Shown piece after piece: positions 20,901-31,311 of a stretch of DNA of 64,000 nucleotides. The position numbers and the translations under genes are program-made. Under the pieces are notes generated by a model. That model saw only the letters and a list, made by a program, of their open reading frames with translations, made no database searches and was not told where the DNA came from. Source of the DNA: Nitrospirota bacterium. Lineage in GTDB: Bacteria > Nitrospirota > Thermodesulfovibrionia > Thermodesulfovibrionales > JdFR-86. How positions within the stretch are numbered: position 1 is the first letter of the stretch; each line of letters begins with the position of its first letter. The stretch is taken from positions 384,001 to 448,000 of the forward strand of contig CAVRJY010000001.1 of NCBI GenBank assembly GCA_963721805.1. Direction: 5' to 3'.

Positions 20901-21099
20901 AAAGCGCTCCAAATCGCTTGATACTGCGTTGGTCATCGAAGCCGCGCCCTCTATGTACGCCCAAGTACACCATCGGGGTGCCACGGGCACCTCTTTCCAA
21001 GGAGAGGGGCCAACCGGCCCCCTTGTCTGAAGCCGATTTGGGCGCGCTTTCGGGGGGCATGGACGAAGGACGCCTCCAGCGCCCCACAAGGTCAACGGC
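20901..21099 (+). repeat. Long structured element, copy 3 (type A with nested REP doublet)
   Basis: Starts 10 nt after the rdgB stop; ends GGTCAACGGC. Confidence 0.9.
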
Positions 21100-21124
21100 A
21101 TTGATGAGAGTTTAGCTAAAAAGG

Positions 21125-21198
21125 AAAGGGGCCTATCGGCCCCTTTTAAGTGAGAGGTGCGATTTGCACCTCGAATATTTGCTGGGGGGCGCTGCCCG
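21125..21198 (-). repeat. Composite short palindromic element (GGGCAGCGCCCCCC.GCAAATATTCG-hairpin-CTCAC + REP)
   Basis: Same layout as 40161-40227; begins at the TAG of the HD gene. Confidence 0.7.
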
Positions 21199-21927
21199 CT
21201 AGGCCATGCGCGTGTCGTTTATGAACAGCTGGAACTCCGCGTTGAGGGCGAGCGCGGCGCGGCGGCAGCCGGTCATGCGCGTAAGGAAGATCTCGAAGTA
21301 CTCGATCACGCGCGTGATGCGCATGTCGATCATGAGCGACAGGGTGATGGTGCGCAGCTCGGGGTCCACGGTGAGGTCGCTTTTCGTGGCCGCGTAGTTT
21401 ACGCGGTCGTGGATGTCCTCTTCGATGGCCGAGAGGGCGCGCACGCGGCTGCGGTGCACGTCGGATTTGTCAGCTATCAGGAGGGCCGCGGCGACCGGGT
21501 CAGGCTTGACGATGCCCTCGTCCTCCTCGTGCATGACGATGGCGGTCATCACCCGCCCGATTTCGGGCATCGAAAAACCGAGCTCTCCCATCAGCTCCTT
21601 GGCGATCATCGCGCCGAAGCGGTGGTGCTGGGCCCGGCCTGTCATGTTGCCGGTGTCATGGAGCATCCCGGCGCAGGCGGCGAGCTCGGCGTCGCGCGCG
21701 CTGTAGCCCAGGACCTTGAGTATGTGCTGAGCGGTCTTCGAGACTATGTCCACGTGGCGGTAGCCGTGCTCGGTATACCCGATGCCCTCGAGGTACGCGT
21801 CGGCCATCGCGATATACTGGCGGGTCTTCTCATACCGCCTGAGGTCGTCTATGCCCGGCAGGTGCGCCGTTGCCTCCGGCGCGCCGCCGGGGCTAGTCTT
21901 CGTCTGCGTCTGTTCTGATTGCTGCAA
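21199..21927 (-). CDS. HD-domain phosphohydrolase
   Basis: GYTEHG..H, LHDTGN, IADKSDVHRSRV, DIHDRVNYA; start uncertain. Confidence 0.85.
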   Translation of the reverse strand: MQQSEQTQTKTSPGGAPEATAHLPGIDDLRRYEKTRQYIAMADAYLEGIGYTEHGYRHVDIVSKTAQHILKVLGYSARDAELAACAGMLHDTGNMTGRAQHHRFGAMIAKELMGELGFSMPEIGRVMTAIVMHEEDEGIVKPDPVAAALLIADKSDVHRSRVRALSAIEEDIHDRVNYAATKSDLTVDPELRTITLSLMIDMRITRVIEYFEIFLTRMTGCRRAALALNAEFQLFINDTRMA

Positions 21928-22273
21928 TTGCGCTCCGCTCGAACTTGATCTTGACGTTCTCGGCGACCTTGACCGTGATGGTCCTTGCGCCGACCTGCTC
22001 GACGAGGCCGAATATCCCGCTTGAGGTCATGACCTTGTCGCCCTTCTTCAGGGTCTCGAGCATGGCCTTGTGTTCCTTGGCCCGCTTCTGCTGCGGCCTG
22101 ATGAGCAGGAAGTAGAAGATAACGAAGATCACTACGAGGGGCAGGAAGCTCATTAGCGAGTTCGCCGTCCCGCCCTGAGGAGCGCCCCCGGCCTGCTGCG
22201 GCGCCTGCCCCATCGCCCATAGCGCGGCGGGCGTGCAAAGCAGAGCGCAAATCGATGCGAGTATCCTTTTCAT
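21893..22273 (-). CDS. yajC: Preprotein translocase subunit YajC
   Basis: FYFLLIRPQQKRAKEH..L.KGDKVMTSSGIFG. Confidence 0.93.
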   Translation of the reverse strand: MKRILASICALLCTPAALWAMGQAPQQAGGAPQGGTANSLMSFLPLVVIFVIFYFLLIRPQQKRAKEHKAMLETLKKGDKVMTSSGIFGLVEQVGARTITVKVAENVKIKFERSAIAAIRTDADED

Positions 22274-22379
22274 AAACGAAAACACCTCCCGTTGGTTGGT
22301 CATGTATATTAATCGCAAACACCGGCCATAATCAACGGGGGGCCGACTGGGGGGCCGACCGGCCCCTCCTCCTATGCTT

Positions 22380-23774
22380 TTATCGCCCAGCCGCCGACAA
22401 GTTCAGAAGGGCTGTGGTGACATCGGCGATGACTTGTGTCCAGTCCCCCATTGAAGACTGGTGGAAAAGCCGCATGGTTCCCGGATACCACGGCGAATCC
22501 TCACGGTCCGTGAGCCAGCGCCAGTCAGCCATGTATGCAGGCAGCAGGACCCAGCACGGTTTCCCCATCGCACCGGCCAGATGCGCGACTGCCGTATCGA
22601 CACAGATGACCAGATCGAGGTTCGCCACCACGGCGGCGGTATCCGCGAAGTCGCCCAGCTTCGACCCAAGCTCGACGAGGGGCTGCTCATCGCGCAGCCT
22701 TGCGGCCTCATCCTCGCCGCCTCCCTTTTGGAGGCTGATGAAACTCACGCCGGATACGGTCCATAGGGGCGCAAGCAGCCGAAGCGTCGGCAGGGACCGC
22801 TCCGCGTCGTTTTCGAACCTCGGGTTGCCCTTCCATACCAGCCCGGCCCGGAGCCCGTGCGAAGGGACCATCGGCTGCCACTTTGCGATGCGCTCGGCTG
22901 TGGCATGCAGATAGGGGATTGCCGCCGGGATAGTATCGATGCGCGTATCGCAATAATATGGGATGCTCAGCGGCGGGCTCCAGAAGTCCCAGCCCGATTC
23001 CGGGATATGCTCGTCCAGTGCGATAACGGCGTCCACGCCATCGAGCGTCTCAAACAGCGCCTTCAGGGCCGGGTGGCAGAGGATCGTGACCGATGCCGCC
23101 CCCCGCCCCCTGAGCACTGCCGCATACCGGCTAAACTGGATCATGTCCCCGTGGCCGGCCTCGATGCCGATGAGTATGGATTTTCCGGTGAGGGACTCGC
23201 CCCGCCAGCGCGGGCAGCGCATGCGTGCGGCCAGGGCCGCATACCAGTCGCGGGCCTCAAGGCAGCGCCAGCCTTCCTCGAACCTGCCCTGTCTAAGCAG
23301 AAGATAGCTCAGGTTGTAGCGGGCCTTCGCGTATGACTCATCGAGCTGCAGGGCTGTGCGAAAACAACTCTCGGCATCGTCCTCGCGCTTCATGCAGGCA
23401 TACAGCACCCCGAGGTTCGACCAGCCCGCGCCCGATGAGGCAGGGCCGAGCGCGATAGCCTGCCTGTATGCCGCCTCTGCCTCGCTGAAGCGTTTATTCA
23501 GCGCGAGCAGGGCCCCGAGGTTTAGGTGGGTTTGCGGGTTCGTGGGGTCAAGCTCGATGGAACGCCGATACCCTGCCTCTGCGGCATCCGTCATGCCCCG
23601 CTTGCCCAGGAGATAGCCCAGGTTGGCATGGGCCTCGGCAAGCTCCGGCGCGATCCGCACCGCCTTGCTGAAGCGGTCTTCTGCGCCGGCGTCATCGCCC
23701 GCCTGCATCCTGCGGACACCCTCGAAGAACAGGGCCTCTGCGCGTCTGACCGAGGCGCTATCGCGGCTTCCCAT
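22380..23774 (-). CDS. TPR-repeat protein with C-terminal GT9-like glycosyltransferase domain
   Basis: N-terminal TPRs; EAGHGDMIQFSRY, VDTAVAHLAGAMG, DWRW..REDSPWY. Confidence 0.85.
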   Translation of the reverse strand: MGSRDSASVRRAEALFFEGVRRMQAGDDAGAEDRFSKAVRIAPELAEAHANLGYLLGKRGMTDAAEAGYRRSIELDPTNPQTHLNLGALLALNKRFSEAEAAYRQAIALGPASSGAGWSNLGVLYACMKREDDAESCFRTALQLDESYAKARYNLSYLLLRQGRFEEGWRCLEARDWYAALAARMRCPRWRGESLTGKSILIGIEAGHGDMIQFSRYAAVLRGRGAASVTILCHPALKALFETLDGVDAVIALDEHIPESGWDFWSPPLSIPYYCDTRIDTIPAAIPYLHATAERIAKWQPMVPSHGLRAGLVWKGNPRFENDAERSLPTLRLLAPLWTVSGVSFISLQKGGGEDEAARLRDEQPLVELGSKLGDFADTAAVVANLDLVICVDTAVAHLAGAMGKPCWVLLPAYMADWRWLTDREDSPWYPGTMRLFHQSSMGDWTQVIADVTTALLNLSAAGR

Positions 23775-23956
23775 TACAATTACCCTCTCGCCGTTCCTTG
23801 TGAGCGGAATGGGCCTTCCGGTCCCACGTGGCGCCCTCCAGTTTCAAAATAAAGGGCAAAACCTGTAAAATAGTGAATCGCGCCTGTACCGGATACTGCG
23901 GGCGCGTTGATAGCGGGGGCGTATGAATCTTTTTTCTGCATGGAAAGAGGTGCCTC

Positions 23957-24426
23957 ATGGTTCAAAGAGTCGTTGCGTTGTTGCTTGCCTTTGTCATCAT
24001 GATCCCGGCCATCGCGTTCGCGGCCGATGAGACTCCCCCCCGATCGCTCCTCTCGCCCCTGTCGGAGGCGCGGTCGAGCCCGGTGGCGGAGAGATAAACA
24101 AGCCCGCGGTCCGCAGGGTCGAGGTGCAGGAATCCCATGATATCTATCGCGAGCTGGCAGGAGGCTTTCTCCTCGGCGCGCTTGTCGGCGGCGGCATCAA
24201 CCAGATCGGCCGCATGGATGCGATGGCGCCGATGATACTCGGCGGCGCGGCAGTCGGCACGCTGGTTGGACTGATCTATCATTACACCGGCCGCAGCGCC
24301 CTTATGACGGTCGACAGCGGCCAGATGAAGCTGGCGATGCCTGTGGTGCTCCCTGACGACCAGAGGATGACCTTCGGAAGCAAGGACGTCGCGGTCAGGA
24401 TGAACCTGCTCACTATAAATTACTAA
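23957..24426 (+). CDS. Secreted hypothetical protein (frameshifted near 24040-24120)
   Basis: GAGG RBS, signal peptide MVQRVVALLLAFVIMIPAIAFA; C-terminal part in ORF 24124-24426. Confidence 0.5.
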
Positions 24427-25046
24427 TCAGCCCCCTGACGAGGGCCAGGATCGAGGCGGCGACCTCATCCGGGTTAGCGGAGGCATCCACGCGTCTGACG
24501 CGCGCGGGCTCGGACTCCATGATATGCAGAAACCCCTCGCGCACCTTGCGGTGAAACTCCAGCGGCTCGGCCTCGAAACGGTCGTGCTTCCCGGCCGCCC
24601 GGTTCCTGGCGGTGCCAGCCTCCGGCGCCATGTCCAGAAGTATCGTGAGGTCCGGCCTGAGCCCACCGGTCGCTATGCGGTCGACCTCGGCTATCAGCGC
24701 CGCATCGAGCCCCCTCGCATGGCCCTGATACGCGAGCGTCGAGTCCGAGAACCTGTCCGAGACCACTACCTCGCCGCGCCCGAGCGCCGGGCTTATCAGC
24801 TCCTCGACGTGCTGCCTCCGGGCGGCCGCGTACAGCAGCAGTTCTGCGACCGGGTCCATCGCCCCATGAGCAGGATTTAACAGCACCGCCCTGATCTCGC
24901 GGCCTATCGGCGTGCCGCCCGGCTCTGACCGTATGCACCGCCTTGATGCCCTCGGCCAAGAGCGCCTCCACGAGCCTCCGGGCCTGGGTCGATTTCCCCG
25001 CGCCCTCGATGCCCTCAAGCGTTATGAGCAGCCCCCGGCGTGGCAT
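24413..25046 (-). CDS. tmk: Thymidylate kinase (frameshift near 24930)
   Basis: ITLEGIEGAGKSTQ P-loop in one frame; EPGGT, DRFSDSTLAYQG, DRFE in another. Confidence 0.9.
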
Positions 25047-26053
25047 CAGCCCAGCGACTCCCGGAGCCGCATCAGGATCTGAAAGGCCTTGAGCGACTGC
25101 GCGACGCTCAGCGAGCCTGTGCCGCACGAGGGCGTAAGCAGGATGCGCTCGCGGAGCAGCGACTCAGGCACCTTGCGGCTGAGCGCTCCCATGCGTTCGT
25201 CGAATATCCTGCGGATCGAGTCCGGGTCCTCCGAGTCGATAGCCTCGGTCGTCGGCACTATGCCCCAGGCCAGGTACCCCCCGCCCTTTAAAAACCCGGT
25301 GATCTCATCAGGATATATCGCGAGCGTGTCGCCGTAGCCGTAGGCGTCGAAGTTCAGTATCGAGATCCCCGTCGAAAGCAGCATGCCCCAGTCCGCGCGG
25401 CCGCAGCAGTGGATGGCCGGGATGCCTCCGGCCTTCTTTATCGCCTCCGAAAGCGAGCTTATCAGCCTGACCGTCTCCGCCTCTTCCACGCCCATGTAAG
25501 CGGTGCTCCCGAGCGCCGAGACTATTGGCTCGTCGATGAAGATGATGACCTGCGAGGCATGCCGCCCGAGGGCCTCGATCTGCCAGCGGGCCTTGGCCTG
25601 AAGCAGCATCAGCGCGATCTCCCTGAGTTCCTCGTCAAAGTATATCGCCCGGCCCTCGCGGTCCGTAAGCCCCAGCGTGAAGGTCAGCGGCCCGGTGACG
25701 TGGCCCTTCAGGAAATCGAACCGCCGCGTCTTTATAAGGTCCAAAAAGGCATAGAGCCCCTGCGCGTGGTCGCGCGATATCGCTATCCTGGCCCCCTCGC
25801 CGCAGTTCTCGTGAAAGCGCGCGATCTGCTCCTCGTCGCGCTCGACCCAGACCGAGCCCTTCGACTCGTCGCTGCGGAGCGAGGGCATGCCCTCGCTGTA
25901 CTGCGGGATCATCTGCTCTCTGAACGATACCGCGGGCAGCTGCGGCCAGAACGGTATGTCGAAGCTCTTCAGGCAGAACTCGGCGGCCTGTACGGGATCT
26001 TTCACGGGGAGGGTGCCGATGCCGGTCGTACTATATGGGGGAATAGTCATCAT
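25046..26053 (-). CDS. Core folate-independent methionine synthase, MesB-like
   Basis: Single MetE C-terminal barrel: FWPQLP, KGHVTGPLT, FIDEP, HCC, WGIVPT, TPSCG. Confidence 0.75.
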   Translation of the reverse strand: MMTIPPYSTTGIGTLPVKDPVQAAEFCLKSFDIPFWPQLPAVSFREQMIPQYSEGMPSLRSDESKGSVWVERDEEQIARFHENCGEGARIAISRDHAQGLYAFLDLIKTRRFDFLKGHVTGPLTFTLGLTDREGRAIYFDEELREIALMLLQAKARWQIEALGRHASQVIIFIDEPIVSALGSTAYMGVEEAETVRLISSLSEAIKKAGGIPAIHCCGRADWGMLLSTGISILNFDAYGYGDTLAIYPDEITGFLKGGGYLAWGIVPTTEAIDSEDPDSIRRIFDERMGALSRKVPESLLRERILLTPSCGTGSLSVAQSLKAFQILMRLRESLG

Positions 26054-26085
26054 CGGGTATTTTATCCTATCGCGAGGCTTTCTTC

Positions 26086-26257
26086 AAAGCGCTCCAAATC
26101 GCTTGATACTGCGTTGGGCATTGAAGACTCGCCCTCTATGTACGCCCAAGTACACCATCGGGCGGTCTTCTCGCCCTGCCTAGTCTGAAGCCGATTTGGG
26201 CGCGCTTTCGGGGGGCACGGAAGAAGGTCGCCCCCCGCGCCCCACAAGGTCAAAGGT
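26086..26257 (+). repeat. Long structured element, copy 4 (type A)
   Basis: Full hairpin; ends GGTCAAAGG; lies in a divergent intergenic region. Confidence 0.9.
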
Positions 26258-26665
26258 GTGTTCGGATGCTCGCGCTTAGGTATAGTTACGCATACCGCGC
26301 GCGCGCGTTTTATTTTATGTGTTCGGATGTTTGAGGCAAATACGCGGATAAGCCCCTGGAAAACATCGTTTTTCCGAGTCCGGCGCTGTTCGGATGTTCG
26401 AATAATTCGCGCGGTTTTCGACCCTGCCTCCGAAAACGCGTCGATGCCCGCTTCATTCGTTGCCCCGCCCATTGGATATGCGATTATCTTGCTCATAGCA
26501 CCACTATACAACAAACAATGCGATACTTTGGTTTATATATAAACCGAAGTTGATAGTAAAAATTGATGCCCGTGCGTTTTCAACTAACTTACGATTAACC
26601 AAAGTTTATGAGTGAGGCCGGCAGAGAGTTCGAACCAACCGAATCCGGCAGGATATCCGCGCAGT

Positions 26666-26684
26666 GATAATGAGAATCACAGTC
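26666..26684 (+). promoter_or_regulatory. Fur-box-like site
   Basis: GATAATGAGAATCACAGTC, 15/19 match to GATAATGATAATCATTATC. Confidence 0.35.
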
Positions 26685-26879
26685 GCCCGCAGCGGGTTAA
26701 CTGCGCTTTCCCAATAAGCCATTGATGTTACCCCATCCCCGGCGGACATTACGATTTGTAACATAAGCTGATTGCCCTCCCCAAATATTCCTTTAAAATC
26801 AATGGATAGCCCTCTGGCAGCCTATTTGCTTGGTTTATCGCATGGTTACGTTACATTCATCCGGGGCTCTGAGTTGCTG

Positions 26880-28783
26880 ATGCCTAAAGAGCAGCACGAT
26901 ATGTGCGAAAACATCGGGGAGATGCCGCCCTTCAGGTTCATGGAGCGCGGGATGCTCAAGCGGCTCTGCCGGGGCATGGAGGCCGAGCAATACGCAATAG
27001 GCGAGGAGGTCCCGGCCGCTGACGAGTCGGTCGTAGGCAACCTGCGCGTCGTACAGTCCGGCGCGATCAAGCGCTATCTCGTAGGCCAGAACGGTGAGCT
27101 CATCCCTGTGGACGTCCTCGGCCCCGGCGACAACTTCGGCTTCATCCAGAGCCTGCACGAGGAGTACCGCAAGGTAAAGGCCATAGCGACCGAGCCCACG
27201 GTCTGCTGCATGATACCCATGGAGGACGTGTTTGCTGTCCTGAGCGAGAAGCCCTCGCTGCCTGAGCTATCTGACCGCCAAGGGACAGGCGGTATACGAG
27301 GCAGCGGCCGAGCGAGCGCGCCATGAGGGCAACGCCCTGATGGGCGGCGAGAAGCTCCTGTTCATCACGACCGTCGGGCGAGATACTCACGCGCGAGGCG
27401 GTCACGGCGCGCGAGTCCGTGACGGTAGGCGAGGCCGCAGCTATGATGTCGGAGCACGGCATCAGCTCGCTTGTCGTGCTCGACGCCGGGGGCGCACCGG
27501 TCGGCATCGTCACGGACCGCGACCTCAGGGACAAGGTGCTCGCTCGCCGCCGTAGCCCTGAGGAGCGCATCACGTCGGTTATGACCTCGATTGTCGTGAA
27601 GGCCGAGGCCTCCGAGTACTGCTACGAGGCCCTGCTTCGGATGATCCGCTATAACGTCCACCATGTCGTCGTCTTGGAGCACGGGGAGTTAAAAGGCGTG
27701 GTGACGAACCACGACTTCATGCTCCTGCAGGGCGTCTCTCCGCTTGCGATACTCAAGGAGATGGAGGCCCAGCTCCGGGCCCGCACCGCGGTGACCGCAT
27801 CGCGCGGGATAGAGCAGCTCGTCGGGCTGCTTGCCCGCGACGGCGCGCGCGCCACGAGCATCACGCGCATCATCGCCGAGATGAACGACCGCCTCGTGAT
27901 ACTTGGCGCTGGAGCAGGCCGAGGCCCGCCTGGGCCGGCCGCCCGTGCCCTACTGCTGGATAGCCTTCGGCAGCGAGGGCCGCAAAGAGCAGACCTTCCG
28001 CACCGACCAGGACAACGGGATCATCTACGCCGACCCCTCGTCCGAGGCCGAGGCCGGCCGCTGCGAGGAGTACTTCGAGGCGCTCGCCGAGGCGATGGCC
28101 GAGACGCTCGAGCCGCATAGGGTTCCCGCCCTGCCCGGCCGGGTACATGGCGACTAATCCGAAATGGCGGCGTCCGCTTAGTCAGTGGAAGCGGTCCTTC
28201 ACGGACTGGATCGAGACCCCGACGCCCGAGGCCGTGCTCTCCTCGCTGATATTCTTCGACTTCCGCGGCATAGGCGGCGACCTCTCGCTTGCCGCCTCAC
28301 TGCGCGAGCACCTGCACCACGCTATAGAGGACAAGCGCATATTCCTGGGCGCTATGGCCAACGTGATCACCAAAAACGCCCCGCCCGTGACGATCTTCGG
28401 GGCGCTAAAGCTGGAAAATACGCCCAAGGGCACGTTGAACCTCAAGATCAAGGGCTCGGCCCTCGTAATCGATATCGTCAGGCTGCTGAGCCTGGAGCTC
28501 AAGACCGAGGGCCACTCCACGGTCGAGCGCATTGCACGCGCTCCGCGGCAGGCACTCGATCATCGACACCTATGGCGACGAGCTCGAGCAGGCCTTCGAG
28601 CTCACGATGATGCAGCGCATCCTGCACCAGCACCGCGCGATACAGGCCGGGCTCCAGCCGGACAACTTCGTCAGGCCCGAGGAGATGGGGCAGTTCGCTC
28701 TAAAGCAGCTCAAGCAGGCCTATTCGCTTATAGGCCGCGTGCAGCAGGAGATCATGGACCGCTACAAGTTCATGATCGTATAG
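26880..28783 (+). CDS. cNMP-binding + CBS + DUF294 nucleotidyltransferase-like protein (several frameshifts)
   Basis: Fragments in successive frames: cNMP domain, GIVTDRDLR CBS, GSEGRKEQTFRTDQDNG, MATNPKW, IFFDFR. Confidence 0.8.
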
Positions 28784-28940
28784 GGAAACGGTCAAGGTTT
28801 TTTTGTATCACATAAACCGAAGGGTTCGGGCGCGGCTGGATGGCCGGCTCCGGGAAGGGGAGGTGTGCGAGGGGCAGCATGCAGTGAAGTTAACCGTCGG
28901 GGTTTGATCACCGTAGAAATAGTGAAAGGGAGGAAGTTCA

Positions 28941-29255
28941 ATGACGACAAAGAAGACGACTCAGGAAATCATGGATGACCCTGATTTCAAGGAAATCGTA
29001 GTGACGAGGGGCACGGTATCGTGGATACTTACGATCCTCGAGCTCGTGCTTTATTTCGGGTTCGTGGCCCTCATCGCGTACAACAGGGAGTACCTCTCCC
29101 AGAAGCTGACGCCGGGCAAGGCCATGACGATCGGCATCCCGATAGCCGTTGGGGTTATAGCGCTCTCATGGGTATTCACCGGGATCTATATCTGGTGGGC
29201 TAACAGCAAATACGACGCCCGGGTCAAAGCGATCCGGGAGAAGATAGGAGGGTAA
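28941..29255 (+). CDS. DUF485 (YjcH-like) membrane partner of ActP
   Basis: Two TM helices, [10 protein letters not shown]; immediately upstream of actP. Confidence 0.88.
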   Translation: MTTKKTTQEIMDDPDFKEIVVTRGTVSWILTILELVLYFGFVALIAYNREYLSQKLTPGKAMTIGIPIAVGVIALSWVFTGIYIWWANSKYDARVKAIREKIGG

Positions 29256-29259
29256 CGCG

Positions 29260-31152
29260 ATGGGCGCAGCCGCACAGACGTCGATTGGCACGGCCAATCC
29301 GGTCTCGATAATGTTCTTCCTTGCCTTCGTCGCCGCCACTCTCGTAATAACCTACTGGGCCGCGAAGCGCACGCGCACGACCAAGGACTTCTACGCCGCC
29401 GGACGCTCGGTCACCGGTTTCCAGAACGGCCTCGCGCTCGCGGGAGACTACATGAGCGCCGCCTCGTTTCTGGGCATCGCCGGGCTCGTCTCGCTCAAGG
29501 GCTATGACGGCCTGATTTACTCCGTCGGCTGGCTCGTAGGCTGGCCGGTCATCATGTTCCTGATCTCCGAGCCGCTTAGGAACCTCGGCAAGTACACGTT
29601 TTCGGACGTCGTGGCCTACCGCCTGAAGCAGCGCCCGATCCGGGGCGCGGCCGCCGCGGGCTCGCTCGTGACGGTGCTTTTCTACCTGATCGCACAGATG
29701 GTCGGCGCCGGGACGCTCGTGAAGCTCATGTTCGGTCTCCCGTTTGAGGTCGCGGTCATAGCCGTAGGCATACTGATGATCTCCTACGTCCTGTTCGGAG
29801 GCATGATCGCCACGACGTGGGTCCAGATCATCAAGGCCGGGCTGCTCCTTGGGCGGCGCGACCCTGCTCGTATTCCTGACGCTCTCGAAGTTCGACTTCA
29901 GCTACGCAAACCTCTTCGGGCAGGCCGAGAAGCTCTACACCAACAAGTTCCTCGAGCCCGGCGGCCTGATCTCAAGCCCGCTTGAGGCCTTCTCTCTGGG
30001 CCTCGCGCTGATGTTCGGCACGGCCGGGCTCCCGCACATCCTCATGAGGTTCTACACCGTGCCTGACGCCAAGGCCGCGCGCAAGTCCGTGTTCTACGCA
30101 ACCGGGTTCATCGGGTATTTCTACATCCTCACCGTGACGATCGGCTTTGGCGCGGCGGTGCTCGTCGGCCAGAAGTTCATCATGGGCATCGACGCCGGGG
30201 GCAACATGGCCGGCACCGCTGCTGGCCGAGGTCTTGGGCGGCAACGTATTCCTTGGGCTTCCTCGCGGCCGTCGCGTTCGCGACGATCCTCGCGGTCGTC
30301 TCGGGCCTGACGCTCGCCGGGGCATCCGCGCTCTCGCACGACCTTTACGTCGGCGTGATCAGGCGCGGCGAGGCCTCCGAGCGTGACGAGGTGCGCGTGG
30401 CCAAGGGCGCGACCGTGCTGCTCGGCATCACGGCCATGGCGCTTGCGATACTGTTTAAGGGCCAGAACGTCGCGTTCATGGTCGGCCTTGCGTTTGCGGT
30501 GGCATGCAGCGCGAACTTCCCGGCCCTCCTGATGTCGATCCTCTGGAAGAAGTTCACTACCGCCGGGGCGGTCCTGAGCATCATCACCGGCCTCGTGCTC
30601 GCGGCCGGGATGATCTTCCTGAGCCCCACGGTCTGGGTCGAGGTCATACACAAGGCAGACGTGGCGGCGGTCGGCAAGAATGTCGCTGGCATCGACGCCG
30701 CAATGAAGGCCAAGGTCGCGGATATCGAGAAGCAGACCGCTTCCGCCAAGGCGGCGGTCGAGCAGGCGGACAAGGACATGGCCGCGATGATGGCCCCCGC
30801 GGCACCGGCAGCAAAGGGCGCCAAGACGATGAAGAAGTCCACAAAGGCAGAGGCTGAGGCCAAGACAAAGATGGCCGCGATCGATAAGCAGAAGGCCGAC
30901 GCGACCGCACTCATCGCCAAGGCTGACGCCGATACAAAGGCGGCCAAGGACGAAGCGTTATCATTGACCACCGAGGCCAAGAAGGCCATGCCCAAGGCGA
31001 TCTTCCCGTACCGCAACCCGGCCATCTTCTCGATGACCGCCGCGTTCCTCATAGGCATATTCGCCTCGCTGATCGCCCCTGACAAGGAGGCGGAGAAGAA
31101 GTTTGCGGGACAAAAAGTTCGCGAATATATCGCATTAGGAGCTGAGGACTAG
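29260..31152 (+). CDS. actP: Cation/acetate symporter (SSS family), frameshifted near 29850 and 30200-30250
   Basis: [52 protein letters not shown]. Confidence 0.9.
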
Positions 31153-31176
31153 TCGTAGCTCACCACCGCTAGCATC

Positions 31177-31217
31177 AAACAAGGGGGCCGACTCTGGCCC
31201 CCTTGTTTTTCCTTTTT
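31177..31217 (+). terminator. Terminator after actP built on a REP-like palindrome
   Basis: AAACAAGGGGGCC-GACTCT-GGCCCCCTTGTTT plus T-tract. Confidence 0.8.
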
Positions 31218-31218
31218 C

Positions 31219-31252
31219 AAAGCGCTCCAAATCGCTTGGGGCCGACCGGCCC
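31219..31252 (+). repeat. 5' fragment of the long element fused to a REP palindrome
   Basis: AAAGCGCTCCAAATCGCTTG followed by GGGCCGACCGGCCC. Confidence 0.8.
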
Positions 31253-31311
31253 TCTTCACATTGAACATTGTCGCTGTAACTTTTCTATTGGTTGTTTTAT
31301 ACTTTATTACC

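Noticed and set aside
26616..26650. tRNA-like fragment with GTTCGAA
   Set aside because: No cloverleaf can be formed; only a weak GCCGG/CCGGC hairpin
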